A stretch of 64,000 nt of DNA from an uncultured Chloroflexia bacterium (GCA_963766735.1 CAVYBU010000019.1:1-64000); one strand, 5' to 3'; shown: positions 49,205 to 59,754, counted from the stretch's first letter. Numbers and translations: made by a program. Notes: a model not told the origin generated them from the sequence alone.

Positions 49205-50542
49205 TCAGTCGCGGTCTCGCGGGAGCCCCGGAACCGGGAACTGCGCGACCAGCTCCCGGACCTCGGTCCGGATCCGCTCGTGGACCGCGGCATCATCGCG
49301 GCCCCGGATGGCGCTCACGATCCACTGACCGATCACGCGCATCTCCTCGGGGCCCATGCCGCGGGTGGTGGTCGCCGGGGTGCCGATCCGGATGCCGCTG
49401 GCGATGTTGGGAGGGTTCACGTCGAACGGGATCGCGTTCTTGTTGACGGTGATGCTGACGTCATCGAGAAGGGCCTCAGCCTCGCGTCCGGTCACGCCGA
49501 GCGGGGTCACGTCGACCAGCGCGAGATGGTTGTCGGTCCCACCGCTCACCAGCCGGGCGCCCGCCTCGGCGACGGTCCCGGCCAGGACGGACGCATTCTC
49601 GATCGTCCGGGCCTGGTCGCTCCGGAACTCACCGGTTGCCGCCAGGCGGAGTGCGACGGCCTTGGCGGCGATCACGTGCATCAGGGGGCCGCCCTGCACG
49701 CCCGGGAACACGCTCTTGTCGACGGCGGCCGCCAGGGTGTTCTTGCCCAGGGCCGGGAAGTCGGCCCGGTCGATCCCCTCTGGCAGGTCAGCCCGGGCGA
49801 ACACGAGGCCGCCGCGCGGCCCACGCAGCGTCTTGTGCGTGGTGGTGGTCACGAGATCCGCGTGCGGGAAGGGACTGGGGTGGAGGCCCGCGGCCACGAG
49901 TCCCGCGAAGTGCGCCATGTCCACGAACAGCAGCGCTCCGACGCCGTGGGCGATCGCCGCCATCCGCTCGAAGTCCCAGGTGCGCGGGTAGGCGGACGCG
50001 CCGGCCACGACCACCTTCGGGCGGACCTCCTTCGCCTGCGCCTCGAGCGCGTCGTAGTCGATCTGCTCGGTCTCACGGGTCACGCCGTACGCGTGCACCT
50101 CGTAGAGGCGGCCGGAGAAGTTGACCGGGGAACCGTGCGTGAGGTGCCCGCCGTGGGCGAGGCTCATGCCCAGGATGCGGTCGCCGGGGCGCAGGACGGC
50201 GAAGTAGGCCGCCATGTTGGCCTGGGCACCCGAGTGCGGCTGGACGTTCACGTGGTCCGCGCCCGGGAAGAGCGCGAGCGCGCGGGCCCTGGCCAGCTCC
50301 TCCGCGACGTCCACGTGCTCGCAGCCGCCGTAGTAGCGCTTGCCCGGGAGTCCCTCGGCGTACTTGTTGGTGAGCCAGGAGCCCTGCGCCTCCTCGACCG
50401 CCGCATAGACGTAGTTCTCGCTGGCGATGAGCTCGATGTTGTCCGTCTGGCGGTGGCGCTCCGCCTCGATCGCCGCCCAGATCTCGGGGTCCACCTCTGC
50501 GAGGGACGCCCAGGCGGTTGAGGGAGCGGCGGCATGGGACAC
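49205..50542 (-). CDS. glyA: Serine hydroxymethyltransferase
   Basis: [50 protein letters not shown]. Confidence 0.98.
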   Translation of the reverse strand: MSHAAAPSTAWASLAEVDPEIWAAIEAERHRQTDNIELIASENYVYAAVEEAQGSWLTNKYAEGLPGKRYYGGCEHVDVAEELARARALALFPGADHVNVQPHSGAQANMAAYFAVLRPGDRILGMSLAHGGHLTHGSPVNFSGRLYEVHAYGVTRETEQIDYDALEAQAKEVRPKVVVAGASAYPRTWDFERMAAIAHGVGALLFVDMAHFAGLVAAGLHPSPFPHADLVTTTTHKTLRGPRGGLVFARADLPEGIDRADFPALGKNTLAAAVDKSVFPGVQGGPLMHVIAAKAVALRLAATGEFRSDQARTIENASVLAGTVAEAGARLVSGGTDNHLALVDVTPLGVTGREAEALLDDVSITVNKNAIPFDVNPPNIASGIRIGTPATTTRGMGPEEMRVIGQWIVSAIRGRDDAAVHERIRTEVRELVAQFPVPGLPRDRD

Positions 50543-50739
50543 GTGAGTCCTCCTGGCAGGATCGGCGCGGGGGGGAGTTCGGCGATTTCGGCTGCGGCGG
50601 GTGGCGAGGGTGCGGCGGCGGGCGGCGGAGCGGTCATCGGCGGGCGACGCGGCGCCGACATCTCGGCCGGAGTCGCTCCACGCCGGGGTGCGTCCCTATC
50701 TTCCCACGTGTGGCCGGGGGAGCGGCGCGCCTGCCGACC

Positions 50740-51399
50740 CTAGCCTTCCGTTGCGAGCTCCAGGCCCGCCTCCGCCAGCACGCGGGCAATCTCCTCCGCC
50801 GGGATCGCGCCCACGCGACGGATCACCGGCCGCGCCCCCGTGCAGTCCACCACCGTGGACGCCGGGCCACCGCGGATCGGACCGCCGTCGATGACGAGAG
50901 CAAGCGCATCCCCAAGGCGGTCCCCGATCTCCCGCGCATCGCGCGCGTCCACTTCACCCGAGACGTTGGCCGAGGTCGTGGGCAGCGGACCGAGGGCGGC
51001 GGCGAGGGCCCGCGGGGCCGGGTGGTCGGGCACACGGACGCCGATGGTGGGGGCGCCGCCGGCCAGCACGCGCGGCAGGTGGGCGTCCGGACGCACGGAC
51101 AGGACGAGCGTGAGACCACCGGGCCAGAACCGCTCGCCCAGCACGCGTGCCGCGGGACCGACCACGCCCAGCTCCTCGGCCTGGGCGGCCTCGGCCAGCA
51201 GCACGGCGACGGCCTTCCCGGGCGGCCGCCGCTTCGCCGCGAACAGCCGCTCGATGGCGTCCGGCAGCGCCATGTCCGCCGCGATCCCGTACACGGTGTC
51301 CGTGGGCACGGCCACGATCCCGCCGCCCCGGAGGAGCCTGACCGCCTCGTCGCGCGCGGCGTCACCGTCCGGGAGGATCCGGGGATGGGGCGAGCTCAC
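50740..51399 (-). CDS. tsaC: L-threonylcarbamoyladenylate synthase (TsaC/YrdC)
   Basis: PTDTVYG, AKRR, FWPGGLT, TSANVSG, STVVD. Confidence 0.93.
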   Translation of the reverse strand: MSSPHPRILPDGDAARDEAVRLLRGGGIVAVPTDTVYGIAADMALPDAIERLFAAKRRPPGKAVAVLLAEAAQAEELGVVGPAARVLGERFWPGGLTLVLSVRPDAHLPRVLAGGAPTIGVRVPDHPAPRALAAALGPLPTTSANVSGEVDARDAREIGDRLGDALALVIDGGPIRGGPASTVVDCTGARPVIRRVGAIPAEEIARVLAEAGLELATEG

Positions 51400-52382
51400 G
51401 CCGGAGTCCCATCGGCGGCGCCTGAGCCCAGCCGGTCGCGCCGGACGGCACGCGCGGCCTCAGCCAGGCGGGCGGCGTTGCGGGCGGCCTCCCTGGGCGG
51501 AGCCAGCACCAGCGCCTCGATCAGGGCCGCGGCCCCGTCCTCCTCCACCGGCGGTGCCAGGTAGCGAGCGGACGGCCACAGCTCCACGGGCGAGCTGATC
51601 ATGGCCGCCCCGTGCCCGGCGTCGGCGATCATCTCCTGGTCGTTCAGCGCGTCGCCGATCGTCAGGACCTGGCCCAGCGGGATCCCGGCCCGGTGCGCGA
51701 GCCAGGCCACCGCGCGCCCCTTCGAGACACCATCCGCGACGAACTCCAGGAACCGCGGGTGGGAGACGGTGGGGCTTGCCCGGCCCGCAAACTGGCGGCG
51801 AGCTTCGCCGATCAGCTGCATCGGCACCGGTGGCTCGCCCGACGAGACCACCTTCGTCATCGGCCGGTCCACGACCGCCGCCAGGTCCGGGACGAAGGTG
51901 GCGTCGGTCCCGTAGTACGCGGAGTAGTCCTCGAACCGCGGGTCGTCCGCCGCGGCGAGGATCTCCTCGAGGTTGTTGACGTGGGCGTGCAGGCCATGGG
52001 CCAGGCACCAGGCGATGGCGTCCCGGATCACGGCCGGCTCCATCGGCTTGTGGTAGATCAGCCGTCCGACCCGTCCCCGCTGCACCACGACCTCGCTCCG
52101 GACCGCCTCCGGACGCCTGGGCATCGCCCGGATGACGGCTCCCTGGTGCGCGATGATCGGCTCCGAGAGGTTGAGCTGGCTGGCAAAGCCGACCGCCGCG
52201 ACCGGCCGGCGACCCGTCGCGAGCGAGACGCGCACGCCCCGCCCGATGGCCTCCGCGACCGCGGCCCGGATCCGGGGGGAGAGGCGGGCGTCCGGCCCGA
52301 CCAGCGTGCCGTCGATGTCGAGCGCCACCAGCCGGATGGGGAAGGCGGGCTCCGGACGGACGTGCGGACGATGGTTCCTCAC
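51396..52382 (-). CDS. Cof-type HAD-superfamily hydrolase
   Basis: ALDIDGTL, LATGR, LEF...GVSKG, IGDALND; GTG start overlaps the prmC stop. Confidence 0.9.
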   Translation of the reverse strand: MRNHRPHVRPEPAFPIRLVALDIDGTLVGPDARLSPRIRAAVAEAIGRGVRVSLATGRRPVAAVGFASQLNLSEPIIAHQGAVIRAMPRRPEAVRSEVVVQRGRVGRLIYHKPMEPAVIRDAIAWCLAHGLHAHVNNLEEILAAADDPRFEDYSAYYGTDATFVPDLAAVVDRPMTKVVSSGEPPVPMQLIGEARRQFAGRASPTVSHPRFLEFVADGVSKGRAVAWLAHRAGIPLGQVLTIGDALNDQEMIADAGHGAAMISSPVELWPSARYLAPPVEEDGAAALIEALVLAPPREAARNAARLAEAARAVRRDRLGSGAADGTPA

Positions 52383-53314
52383 GCGTGCGACCCCGCGGCG
52401 CGCGGCGGCTCGATCCGGGCCAGGCGCGGCAGCCCCGCCAGGTCCGCCATGACGAGACACCGCCACCCCGGCAGCCGTGCCTCCACCTCGTGGACGATCC
52501 CCTCTCCCTGGTCCGCGCCGATCTCGACCAGCGCCACCCCATCCGCGGCGAGGGTTCCCGGCAGCAGGTCCAGCAGACGCCGCACGACGTCCAGGCCATC
52601 CGGTCCGCCGTCGAGGGCCTCCCTGGGCTCGAACGACAGGTCCTTCGCCAGCCCCGCCAGGTCGCCGGTCGCAACGTAGGGCAGGTTGGCGCAGATGACG
52701 CCGTACCGCGGCTCCGCGCGCTCCGGCAGAAGGTCCCGGAGCGCGAAGGTCATCCGGTCCGCAGCTCCGTGGCCAACAGCGTTCTCGCGCGCCAGCTGCA
52801 GGGCGTCGGCGGACAGGTCGCTCGCCTCCACCAGCACCTGGTCTGCCATCTTCCGCTGGCGGAGGGCCGCCACAAGGGCCACGGCGATCGCCCCCGAACC
52901 GGTGCCCACGTCGGCCACCCGCAGCGGCGGGGAGCCCTCGGCTCGCGGCGCGGCCGTGAGCCGGTCGCTCACGATGTCCAGCGCGGTGTCCACCAGGAGC
53001 TCCGTCTCGGGCCGCGGGATCAGCGCCCGCCTGTCCGTCGCGATCGCCTGGCCGTGGAACTCGCGGAAGCCGCGGATGTAGGCCACGGGCTCGCCACCCT
53101 CCCGCCGGATGATCGCCGCCTCGAAGGCCTCGCTCGGCCCGTCCCCCACGAGCGCCTCCGGATGAGCGAGGATCCCGGTTCGATCCGTGCCCAGGGCCCG
53201 CGCCAGCAGCAGCTCTGCGTCCAGGCGCGGCGAGCTGGAGCCCGACACGGCCAGCCGCTCTGCCGCGGACGCGACCAGCGAGGCGACGACCGGCCTGGGT
53301 GCGGGTTCTTCCAC
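52379..53314 (-). CDS. prmC: Release factor glutamine methyltransferase PrmC/HemK
   Basis: EPVAYI.G, LIPRPETE, DVGTGSGAIA, ANLPY, EPREALDGGPDGL, DLAG. Confidence 0.95.
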   Translation of the reverse strand: MEEPAPRPVVASLVASAAERLAVSGSSSPRLDAELLLARALGTDRTGILAHPEALVGDGPSEAFEAAIIRREGGEPVAYIRGFREFHGQAIATDRRALIPRPETELLVDTALDIVSDRLTAAPRAEGSPPLRVADVGTGSGAIAVALVAALRQRKMADQVLVEASDLSADALQLARENAVGHGAADRMTFALRDLLPERAEPRYGVICANLPYVATGDLAGLAKDLSFEPREALDGGPDGLDVVRRLLDLLPGTLAADGVALVEIGADQGEGIVHEVEARLPGWRCLVMADLAGLPRLARIEPPRAAGSHA

Positions 53315-53319
53315 CGGGG

Positions 53320-54420
53320 CTACCCGCCGGTCTCCGTCAGGGCGTGGAGACGATCGGCCTGGTCCGCCATCTGCAGGGCATCGATCAGGGCGTCGATCTG
53401 GCCCTCCAGCACGCCCGGCACGTTGTGGATGGTGACGCCGATGCGGTGATCCGTGACCCGGTTGTCGGGGAAGTTGTAGGTGCGGATCTTCTCGGACCGG
53501 TCGCCCGAAGTGACCATGGTGCGCCGCTCGGCGCTCTGCTCCGCGCGCTGCTTCGCAAGCTCCAGGTCGTACAGGCGGGATCGGAGGACCGACATCGCCT
53601 TGGCCTTGTTCTTGTGCTGGCTCTTCTCGTCCTGGATCTCCACCACGAGGCCGGACGGAAGGTGCGTGATCCGGACCGCCGAGTCCGTGGTGTTCACCGA
53701 CTGGCCGCCCGGACCGGAGGCACGCTTGACCTCGATGCGGAGGTCCCGCTCCTCGTCGATGTGGACCTCCACCTCGTCCACCTCGGGCAGCACGATGACG
53801 GTGGCCGTGCTGGTGTGGATCCGCCCGCTGGACTCGGTCGAGGGGACACGCTGGACGCGGTGAACGCCGCCCTCGAACTTGAGCCGGCTGTAGGCGCCGT
53901 CTCCCGCGACCTCCAGGATCGCCTCCTTGATGCCGCCGATGCCCGTCTCGTTCAGGCTCATGAGGTCCGTGCGGAAGCGGTGCTCCTGCGCGTAGCGCGT
54001 GTACATGCGGAGGAGCTCCGCGGCGAACAGCGCGGCCTCCTCGCCCCCGGCCCCGGCCCTGATCTCCACGATGACGTTGCGGTCGTCGTTGGGGTCGCGC
54101 GGGAGGAGGGAGACCTTGAGGTCCTCGATCAGCTGCGTCTCACGCGTCTCGAGCGCCGTGATCTCGTCGCGCGCGAGGTCCCGCATCTCGTCGTCGGACT
54201 CCGCGTCGCGCATCTGACGGGCGCCGGCGAGCTGGGCCCGGATGTCGTTGAGCTCCCGGAACGCGGCGACGACCGGCTCCAGGCGGGCGAGCTCGCGGCC
54301 CAGCGTGCGGAGCTGGTTGGGGTCCGCGTGGACCTCGGGGGTGGCGAGCTGGGCGGAGACGTCGTCGTACTGGCGGGCGAGACCGTCGAGCTTGAGGTCG
54401 AGACCGGATTCGTCGGACAT
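53320..54420 (-). CDS. prfA: Peptide chain release factor 1
   Basis: [22 protein letters not shown] (PxT), [26 protein letters not shown]. Confidence 0.98.
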   Translation of the reverse strand: MSDESGLDLKLDGLARQYDDVSAQLATPEVHADPNQLRTLGRELARLEPVVAAFRELNDIRAQLAGARQMRDAESDDEMRDLARDEITALETRETQLIEDLKVSLLPRDPNDDRNVIVEIRAGAGGEEAALFAAELLRMYTRYAQEHRFRTDLMSLNETGIGGIKEAILEVAGDGAYSRLKFEGGVHRVQRVPSTESSGRIHTSTATVIVLPEVDEVEVHIDEERDLRIEVKRASGPGGQSVNTTDSAVRITHLPSGLVVEIQDEKSQHKNKAKAMSVLRSRLYDLELAKQRAEQSAERRTMVTSGDRSEKIRTYNFPDNRVTDHRIGVTIHNVPGVLEGQIDALIDALQMADQADRLHALTETGG

Positions 54421-54444
54421 CGCTGGCGTGTCGCGGATCCGGGC

Positions 54445-55617
54445 TCAGCCCGCGGCCGGCGGATCGAGCGGGGTGGCGACCGCGAGCGGGGCGGGCGCGG
54501 GAGGCTCGAGCGGGTCGGCAACCTCGGCCGCGGCGGGCGCGGGCGCCTCGCCCTCCCGCTCTCCCGCCATCGCATCGGTGGGCACGTCAGCGGCATCGGC
54601 GGCATCGGTGCCGTCGGTGGGCACGTCAGCGGCATCGGCGCTCAGGTCGGCAGCATCGTCGGTTGCCTGCGCCTCGCGGACGGCCGCGGCGGTCTCGCCC
54701 GGCCGCGGCATCGGCTCCCGGGCCAGGCCGAGGCCGCCCTCGGGGATGACCTCGCCGTCGGCGCGGAGCGCCTCCTCGATGGAGACGATGGCGATCTCGA
54801 TCATGTCGTCCGTCGGCTGCTTGGTCGTGATCTTCTGGACCAGGATCCCGGGCCACATGACGACCTTGACGACGGGGTTGGACCGGTGGCGGGCGCCGAA
54901 CCGGAGCAGCTCGTAGCCGACCGACGCGATGACCGGGATCAGCAGGATCCGGCTGGCGACCATGACCAGGGGCGACTGCTTCCCGACCAGGCTGAAGGCC
55001 ACGATCGAGAGCAGGATCACCACGACCAGGAACTCCGTGCCGCAGCGCGGGTGTGCGGTGGGGTACTTGCGGATTGCCTCGGGCCGAAGCGGGTCGCCGG
55101 CCTCCAGCGCGTGGATCGTCATGTGCTCCGCGCCGTGGTACTGGAAGACGCGGCTGATGTCCGGCGTGCGCGCGATCAGCGCGAGGTAGCCGAGGAAGAT
55201 CACGACACGAACGAGGCCCTCCACGAGGTGCTGGGCCAGGTCGTTCTCGATGTTCGCCGTGGTGAACGTGGCGATGATCAGCGGCAGGATGAAGAACAGG
55301 CCGATCCCGAGGACCGCGGTGAAGCCCAGCATCAGGGCGACGGAGCCCTTGCCGATCTCGACTCCCTCGTCCTCAGCCTGCAGGCCGGCCGAGCGGATGA
55401 GCCACCGCGTCCCGACGACGAGGGTCTCGTACAGGATCACGAGCCCGCGCACGAACGGCCACGTGGCGCCCTTGAAGCCGTGGACGCCCGAGTCGAGCCG
55501 CTCGGTCTCGAAGACGATGCGGCCGTCCGGGTGGCGGAGGGCGACCGCGATGGCGTCGCGGCCCCGCATCATGACGCCCTCGATGAGCGCCTGGCCGCCG
55601 TAGGAGTATCGAGGCAT
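54445..55617 (-). CDS. DUF1385 (YqhQ) membrane protein
   Basis: GGQALIEGVMMRG, FQYHGAEH, HPRCGT; acidic low-complexity tail. Confidence 0.92.
   Translation of the reverse strand: MPRYSYGGQALIEGVMMRGRDAIAVALRHPDGRIVFETERLDSGVHGFKGATWPFVRGLVILYETLVVGTRWLIRSAGLQAEDEGVEIGKGSVALMLGFTAVLGIGLFFILPLIIATFTTANIENDLAQHLVEGLVRVVIFLGYLALIARTPDISRVFQYHGAEHMTIHALEAGDPLRPEAIRKYPTAHPRCGTEFLVVVILLSIVAFSLVGKQSPLVMVASRILLIPVIASVGYELLRFGARHRSNPVVKVVMWPGILVQKITTKQPTDDMIEIAIVSIEEALRADGEVIPEGGLGLAREPMPRPGETAAAVREAQATDDAADLSADAADVPTDGTDAADAADVPTDAMAGEREGEAPAPAAAEVADPLEPPAPAPLAVATPLDPPAAG
54572..54640. repeat. Intragenic tandem repeat in the DUF1385 tail (ADAADVPTD x2)
   Basis: TCGGTGGGCACGTCAGCGGCATCGGCG occurs twice, 39 nt apart. 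Confidence 0.7.
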
Positions 55618-55722
55618 CCGCTGAGTCTACCGGGTGCGCGGGTTCGCCCCGGCAACACGGCCTGCGGTACCTGACCTGCGCTCCCCGGGCGCCTTCGGCC
55701 GTTCGGACGCATACTCGGCCCG

Positions 55723-56172
55723 ATGCGTCTCGAACTCACCAAGCGCGGCGACTACGCCGTGCGCGCCATGCTCGCCCTCGCCCGGGGCAACGGCAACGGG
55801 CTGCTGTCCGCGCGCCGGATCTCGGACGCCATGGGCATCCCGGTCCGGTTCCTCCCCCAGGTGCTGGCCGACCTCCAGCGCGCCGGGCTGGTCGAGGCGT
55901 CGGCCGGCCGCAGCGGCGGCTACAGGCTGGCGAGGGACCCGGGGACGGTCACCCTGCTCGAGGTGATCGAGGCCGTCGAGGGCGACACCCGCCGGCGATC
56001 GTGCGTGCTGCGCGGCGTTCCGTGCGGAGTCGACGGCAACTGTGACGTCCACGACGTCTTCTTCGAGGGGCAGGAGGCGCTGCGCGGCACCTTCGCCCGG
56101 TCCACGCTGGCAGATCTCGCGGGGCCCGCCACCGCGGCGGCGCTCGACGGGGCGCCCGCAGGCCAGGGCTAG
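55723..56172 (+). CDS. Rrf2-family transcriptional regulator (probable Fe-S binding)
   Basis: LTKRGDYAVRAM, GRSGGYRLAR, LLEVIEAVEG, C-x6-C-x5-C-x2-H. Confidence 0.92.
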   Translation: MRLELTKRGDYAVRAMLALARGNGNGLLSARRISDAMGIPVRFLPQVLADLQRAGLVEASAGRSGGYRLARDPGTVTLLEVIEAVEGDTRRRSCVLRGVPCGVDGNCDVHDVFFEGQEALRGTFARSTLADLAGPATAAALDGAPAGQG

Positions 56173-57170
56173 AGCGGCAGGAGCGTTCCCAGGCCCTTCT
56201 CTTCGGCTGCGCGGAGGACAAGCGGTGCGACGGCGATGTCGTCCAGGGCGAGCCCCAGGTTGCACGCCATCGTCCGCTGCTCGACCGATGTCCGTCCTGG
56301 CCGGGCACCGACCACGAGCTGGCCGAGGTCGGCGGCAATCGGTGGAATGTCGCGGAAGTACCCGATCCCCCGGAAGTGCTCCAGCTGGGGGACGTCGTCC
56401 GTCGTGAACAGGTCGAGCTCGCGGAGGGCGGCGGGGTCCCAGTAGCTGTCGAAGTCGACGGCCGAGGCGAAGGCACCCGGTGCCATCCATCCCCCCTTGA
56501 TCGAGGCGTGAGGCGTGTGCACGATCGGCCCCGAGGTGACGATCACGTCCGCGCCCCGGACGGCCGACTCCGGATCGGCCGCGGCCGTGACCTCGATCCC
56601 GTGACGAGCGCGGACCCCCTCCACGAACGCCGCGACACGAGCCGGGTCGGGATCGAACGCGCGGATGGTGGTGAGGCCCGGCAGGACCGCCCGCAGGGAA
56701 TCGACGTGAAACGACCCCTGGACGCCGCAGGCGAGGATCGCGAGCACCGACGAGTCCGGGCGAGCCAGGTGTCTCGCCGACACCGCTGACGCGGCGGCCG
56801 TCCGCGCACCGGTGATCCAGGTGGCATCCATGACCGAGATCGGGATACCCGTCGCCGGGTCGTTGAGGATCAGGAGGCCGGTGATGTACGGCAGGCCAAG
56901 CGCCTGGTTGCCGGGATAGCCGCTGATCCACTTGATCCCGACGGCACCGAGGCCCGGGATCGAGGCCGGCATCGCGTGAATGAAGTTGTCGCCCTCGCCC
57001 GGATGGACGCCCGGCTTGGGCGGCATCTCCACCCGGCCGTTCCCCTTCTCGCGGAACCCCGTCTCGACCGCCTCGATGACCGCGTCCATGGTGACGCCGG
57101 CCGCTTCGACGTCTGCGCGGGAGAGATAGCGGATCGTGAGGGGGTCACGGGTGACGGACGACGGGGTCAT
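56169..57170 (-). CDS. Ornithine cyclodeaminase / mu-crystallin family protein
   Basis: MPPK, HAMPA, GIKW, ITGARTAAASA, ACGVQG, GLALDD. Confidence 0.9.
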   Translation of the reverse strand: MTPSSVTRDPLTIRYLSRADVEAAGVTMDAVIEAVETGFREKGNGRVEMPPKPGVHPGEGDNFIHAMPASIPGLGAVGIKWISGYPGNQALGLPYITGLLILNDPATGIPISVMDATWITGARTAAASAVSARHLARPDSSVLAILACGVQGSFHVDSLRAVLPGLTTIRAFDPDPARVAAFVEGVRARHGIEVTAAADPESAVRGADVIVTSGPIVHTPHASIKGGWMAPGAFASAVDFDSYWDPAALRELDLFTTDDVPQLEHFRGIGYFRDIPPIAADLGQLVVGARPGRTSVEQRTMACNLGLALDDIAVAPLVLRAAEEKGLGTLLPL

Positions 57171-57356
57171 GTGGTCGCTCCTGCCGGGCCGCGCCTGGGG
57201 TGGCTCGCGACGAGACGCCTGGTCTGCCGGCGCGTGACCCCACGATAGCGCCGCGGGCCCACGATGGCGCTGGCGGTGGACGACTCCGGCGGCGGTGGCC
57301 AGTCGGTGTCAGCGGCCCCTCGGCGGCGGCGCGGCGGCGGCGGCGGCGCGGCGGCG

Positions 57357-58136
57357 TCAGCCCGCCTGGCGAAGGCTCTGCGAGATCCGTGCCGCGGCGG
57401 CCACGACGTCGGCGGCGATCCGATCCCGCGCCGTCGCTCCGTCCCGACCCGACGAACCCTCGGCGTCCGGGAAGCGATAGGACGGGCCGTGGACGTGGAT
57501 CGCCCCGATGACCTCTCCGCCCTCGTCGGCAAGGGCCGCGGCCACCGAGCTGATCCCCAGGGCAACTTCGTCCCGGGTCCAGGCGTAGCCATCCAGGCGG
57601 GCGAGCCGGATCCGCTCCCGGACCATCTCCGGATCAGTGACGGTCGACGGCGTGAAGCGCTCGAGGGGTCCGGCCAGGAACCGGTCCACGTCGGCGGGAG
57701 GCATGTGGGCGAGGATGACGAGGCCCGACGAGACCGCGTGCATCGGCAGGCGAGTACCGGTCCAGTCGCGGATCCCGACAGGGTTCGCGCTGTCCTTCTG
57801 GTCGACGTAGTGCACCAGGCGCCCGTCCGGGATGGACAGCCCGGCGGCTTCTCCGATCAGGCCGGCGAGGCTGACGAGCTGCGGCCGGGCCAGCGCGATC
57901 AGGCTGCCCGGCGGCCGAACGCCGGCGGCGAGGGTGACCAGCCGGCTCCCGATCCGGTAGTCCGTTCCGCCCGGCATCTGCTCCGCGGCGCCCTCGGACA
58001 CCAGCGCGGCGAGGAGACGCGCGACGGTGCTCTTGGGCAGGCGGACCCGATCGGCCACCCCGGTCACGCCGATCGGCCCGTCACCCAACGCCCCGAGGAT
58101 GGCGAAGGCCCGTTCGATGGATTGGACTCTGGACAT
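57357..58136 (-). CDS. IclR-family transcriptional regulator
   Basis: VQSIERAFAIL, LPKSTVARLL, RLPMHAVSSG, GYA...E...GISSVAA. Confidence 0.94.
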   Translation of the reverse strand: MSRVQSIERAFAILGALGDGPIGVTGVADRVRLPKSTVARLLAALVSEGAAEQMPGGTDYRIGSRLVTLAAGVRPPGSLIALARPQLVSLAGLIGEAAGLSIPDGRLVHYVDQKDSANPVGIRDWTGTRLPMHAVSSGLVILAHMPPADVDRFLAGPLERFTPSTVTDPEMVRERIRLARLDGYAWTRDEVALGISSVAAALADEGGEVIGAIHVHGPSYRFPDAEGSSGRDGATARDRIAADVVAAAARISQSLRQAG

Positions 58137-58172
58137 CGGTGGCTCCAGGGACTACGCTGCCGGTGTTCGCGC

Positions 58173-58207
58173 GTTCCATCATACGGCACCGTTCCACATT
58201 GTGGAAC
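58173..58207. promoter_or_regulatory. Tandem IclR-type operators in the divergent promoter
   Basis: Perfect palindrome GTTCCACA-T-TGTGGAAC (58191-58207) preceded by degenerate GTTCCATCATACGGCAC (58173-58189). Confidence 0.65.
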
Positions 58208-58324
58208 CCGCGAGAGATCGGCCGGCGCCAGACGACCGGCCCCACCGACGAGAACACCACCGACCACCGACCGACGGCCGCCCCCACCGTCGGAGCCGGG
58301 CCGGGCCGCAGGAGTGGGCCGAAC

Positions 58325-59020
58325 ATGACCGACGAGCAGGAACTCGAACTCGCCAGCCTGTCCGACAAGGACCTCGTCGAGCAGATGCACGACGACATGT
58401 ACGACGGGATGGCCGCGGAGATCGTCGCTGGGACGAACATCCTCCTCGAGCGCGGCTGGGGACCCGACCGGGTCCTGGCCGAGGCGCTCGTCGAGGGCAT
58501 GCGGATCGTCGGGGTGGATTTCCGCGACGGCATCCTGTTCGTGCCCGAGGTGCTCCTCGCCGCCAACGCGATGAAGGGCGGCATGGCCGTCCTGCGGCCT
58601 CTGCTGGCCGAGACCGGTGCCAAGCCGACTGGCAAGGTCGTGCTGGGCACCGTGAAGGGCGACATCCACGACATCGGCAAGAACCTGGTCGGGATGATGC
58701 TCGAGGGCGCCGGGTTCGAGGTCATCGACCTGGGCGTCAACACGGACGCGGCCAAGTTCCTCGCCGCGCTCGATGAGCACAAGCCGGACATCCTGGGCAT
58801 GTCGGCGCTCCTGACCACCACCATGCCGTACATGAAGGTCGTCATCCAGGCGCTCAAGGACCGCGGGGACCGGGACGACTACATCATCCTCGTCGGGGGC
58901 GCGCCGCTCAACGAGGAGTTCGGCCTCGCCGTCGGCGCCGACGCCTACTGCCGGGACGCGGCCGTGGCGTCCGAGACGGCACGCGCCTTCATCGACCAGC
59001 GACGTGCCGCCCAGGCCTGA
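58325..59020 (+). CDS. Corrinoid (B12-binding) methyl-carrier protein
   Basis: Cap domain LFVPEVLLAANAM, GTVKGDIHDIGKNLV (DxHxxG), SALLTTTM, VGGAP. Confidence 0.95.
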   Translation: MTDEQELELASLSDKDLVEQMHDDMYDGMAAEIVAGTNILLERGWGPDRVLAEALVEGMRIVGVDFRDGILFVPEVLLAANAMKGGMAVLRPLLAETGAKPTGKVVLGTVKGDIHDIGKNLVGMMLEGAGFEVIDLGVNTDAAKFLAALDEHKPDILGMSALLTTTMPYMKVVIQALKDRGDRDDYIILVGGAPLNEEFGLAVGADAYCRDAAVASETARAFIDQRRAAQA

Positions 59021-59753
59021 TCCGGTGGCAGGGTCGGAACGGAGCGCGTCCACGCTCGTCATCGGCTGCGGGGCCCTGGGCCGCGAGCTGGTGGAGCTGG
59101 TTGCCCGGGACGGGCTGGGCCACGTCGAGGTGCGCTGCCTGCCGGCCTCGCTCCACAACCGCCCGGAACGCATCCCGGCGGCGGTCGAGGACCTGGTCAT
59201 CGCGGCACAGGGCCGGTACGAGCGCATCTTCGTGGCGTACGGCGACTGCGGCACCGGCGGCGGGCTCGATCGCGTCCTGGCGACGCACGGGGTCGAGCGG
59301 CTGCCCGGCGCCCACTGCTACCAGTTCTACGCGGGGCTGGCCGCCTTCGACCGGATGGCCGAGGAGGAGCCCGGCACCTTCTACCTGACCGACTTCCTCG
59401 TCCGCAGCTTCGACCGCCTCGTCATCGCCGGCCTCGGGATCGATCGGCACCCGGACCTGCTGCCGCAGTATTTCGCCGGCTACCGACGCGTGGTCTACCT
59501 GTCCCAGCGCGATGATCCCGAGCTCCTGGCGGCGGCTCAACGGGCGGCCGAGAGGCTGGGCCTCGCCTTCGAGCACCGGCGCACGGGTCTCGGCGAGCTG
59601 GAGACCTCGATCGCGCGACTGGCATCGTCGGCAGCGGCCGCGGAGCCGGAGACCTCGATTCCGCGACTCGCATCGTCGGCAGCGGCCGCGGACCCGGCCC
59701 GGGCGGTTGCGGACCTCGCCCTGTCGCCGGCGGCCCCGGCCCGGGCGGCCTGA
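59004..59753 (+). CDS. DUF1638-domain protein
   Basis: VIGCGAL, LHNRPERI, YGDCGTGG.LD, GAHCY, GTFYLTDFL. Confidence 0.88.
   Translation: MPPRPDPVAGSERSASTLVIGCGALGRELVELVARDGLGHVEVRCLPASLHNRPERIPAAVEDLVIAAQGRYERIFVAYGDCGTGGGLDRVLATHGVERLPGAHCYQFYAGLAAFDRMAEEEPGTFYLTDFLVRSFDRLVIAGLGIDRHPDLLPQYFAGYRRVVYLSQRDDPELLAAAQRAAERLGLAFEHRRTGLGELETSIARLASSAAAAEPETSIPRLASSAAAADPARAVADLALSPAAPARAA
59600..59697 (+). repeat. 48-bp tandem duplication in the DUF1638 C-terminus
   Basis: ETSIARLASSAAAAEP / ETSIPRLASSAAAADP; GAGACCTCGAT at 59601 and 59649. Confidence 0.8.
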
Positions 59754-59754
59754 C

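Noticed and set aside
50543-50739. Possible ZTP or THF riboswitch upstream of glyA
   Set aside because: Could not find the ZTP (GACUGGCG...CGCCUGGGCA) or THF consensus elements on the minus strand
57321-57356. GGC microsatellite after iclR, and G-rich spacers at 29546-29635 and 31095-31200
   Set aside because: Low-complexity GC-rich intergenic sequence with no supporting evidence of function
58208-58324. Possible cobalamin riboswitch, with short CCACCGAC repeats, before the corrinoid gene
   Set aside because: No B12-box or GGGAA/CCCGC.ACUG core is visible; the repeats are short and low-complexity
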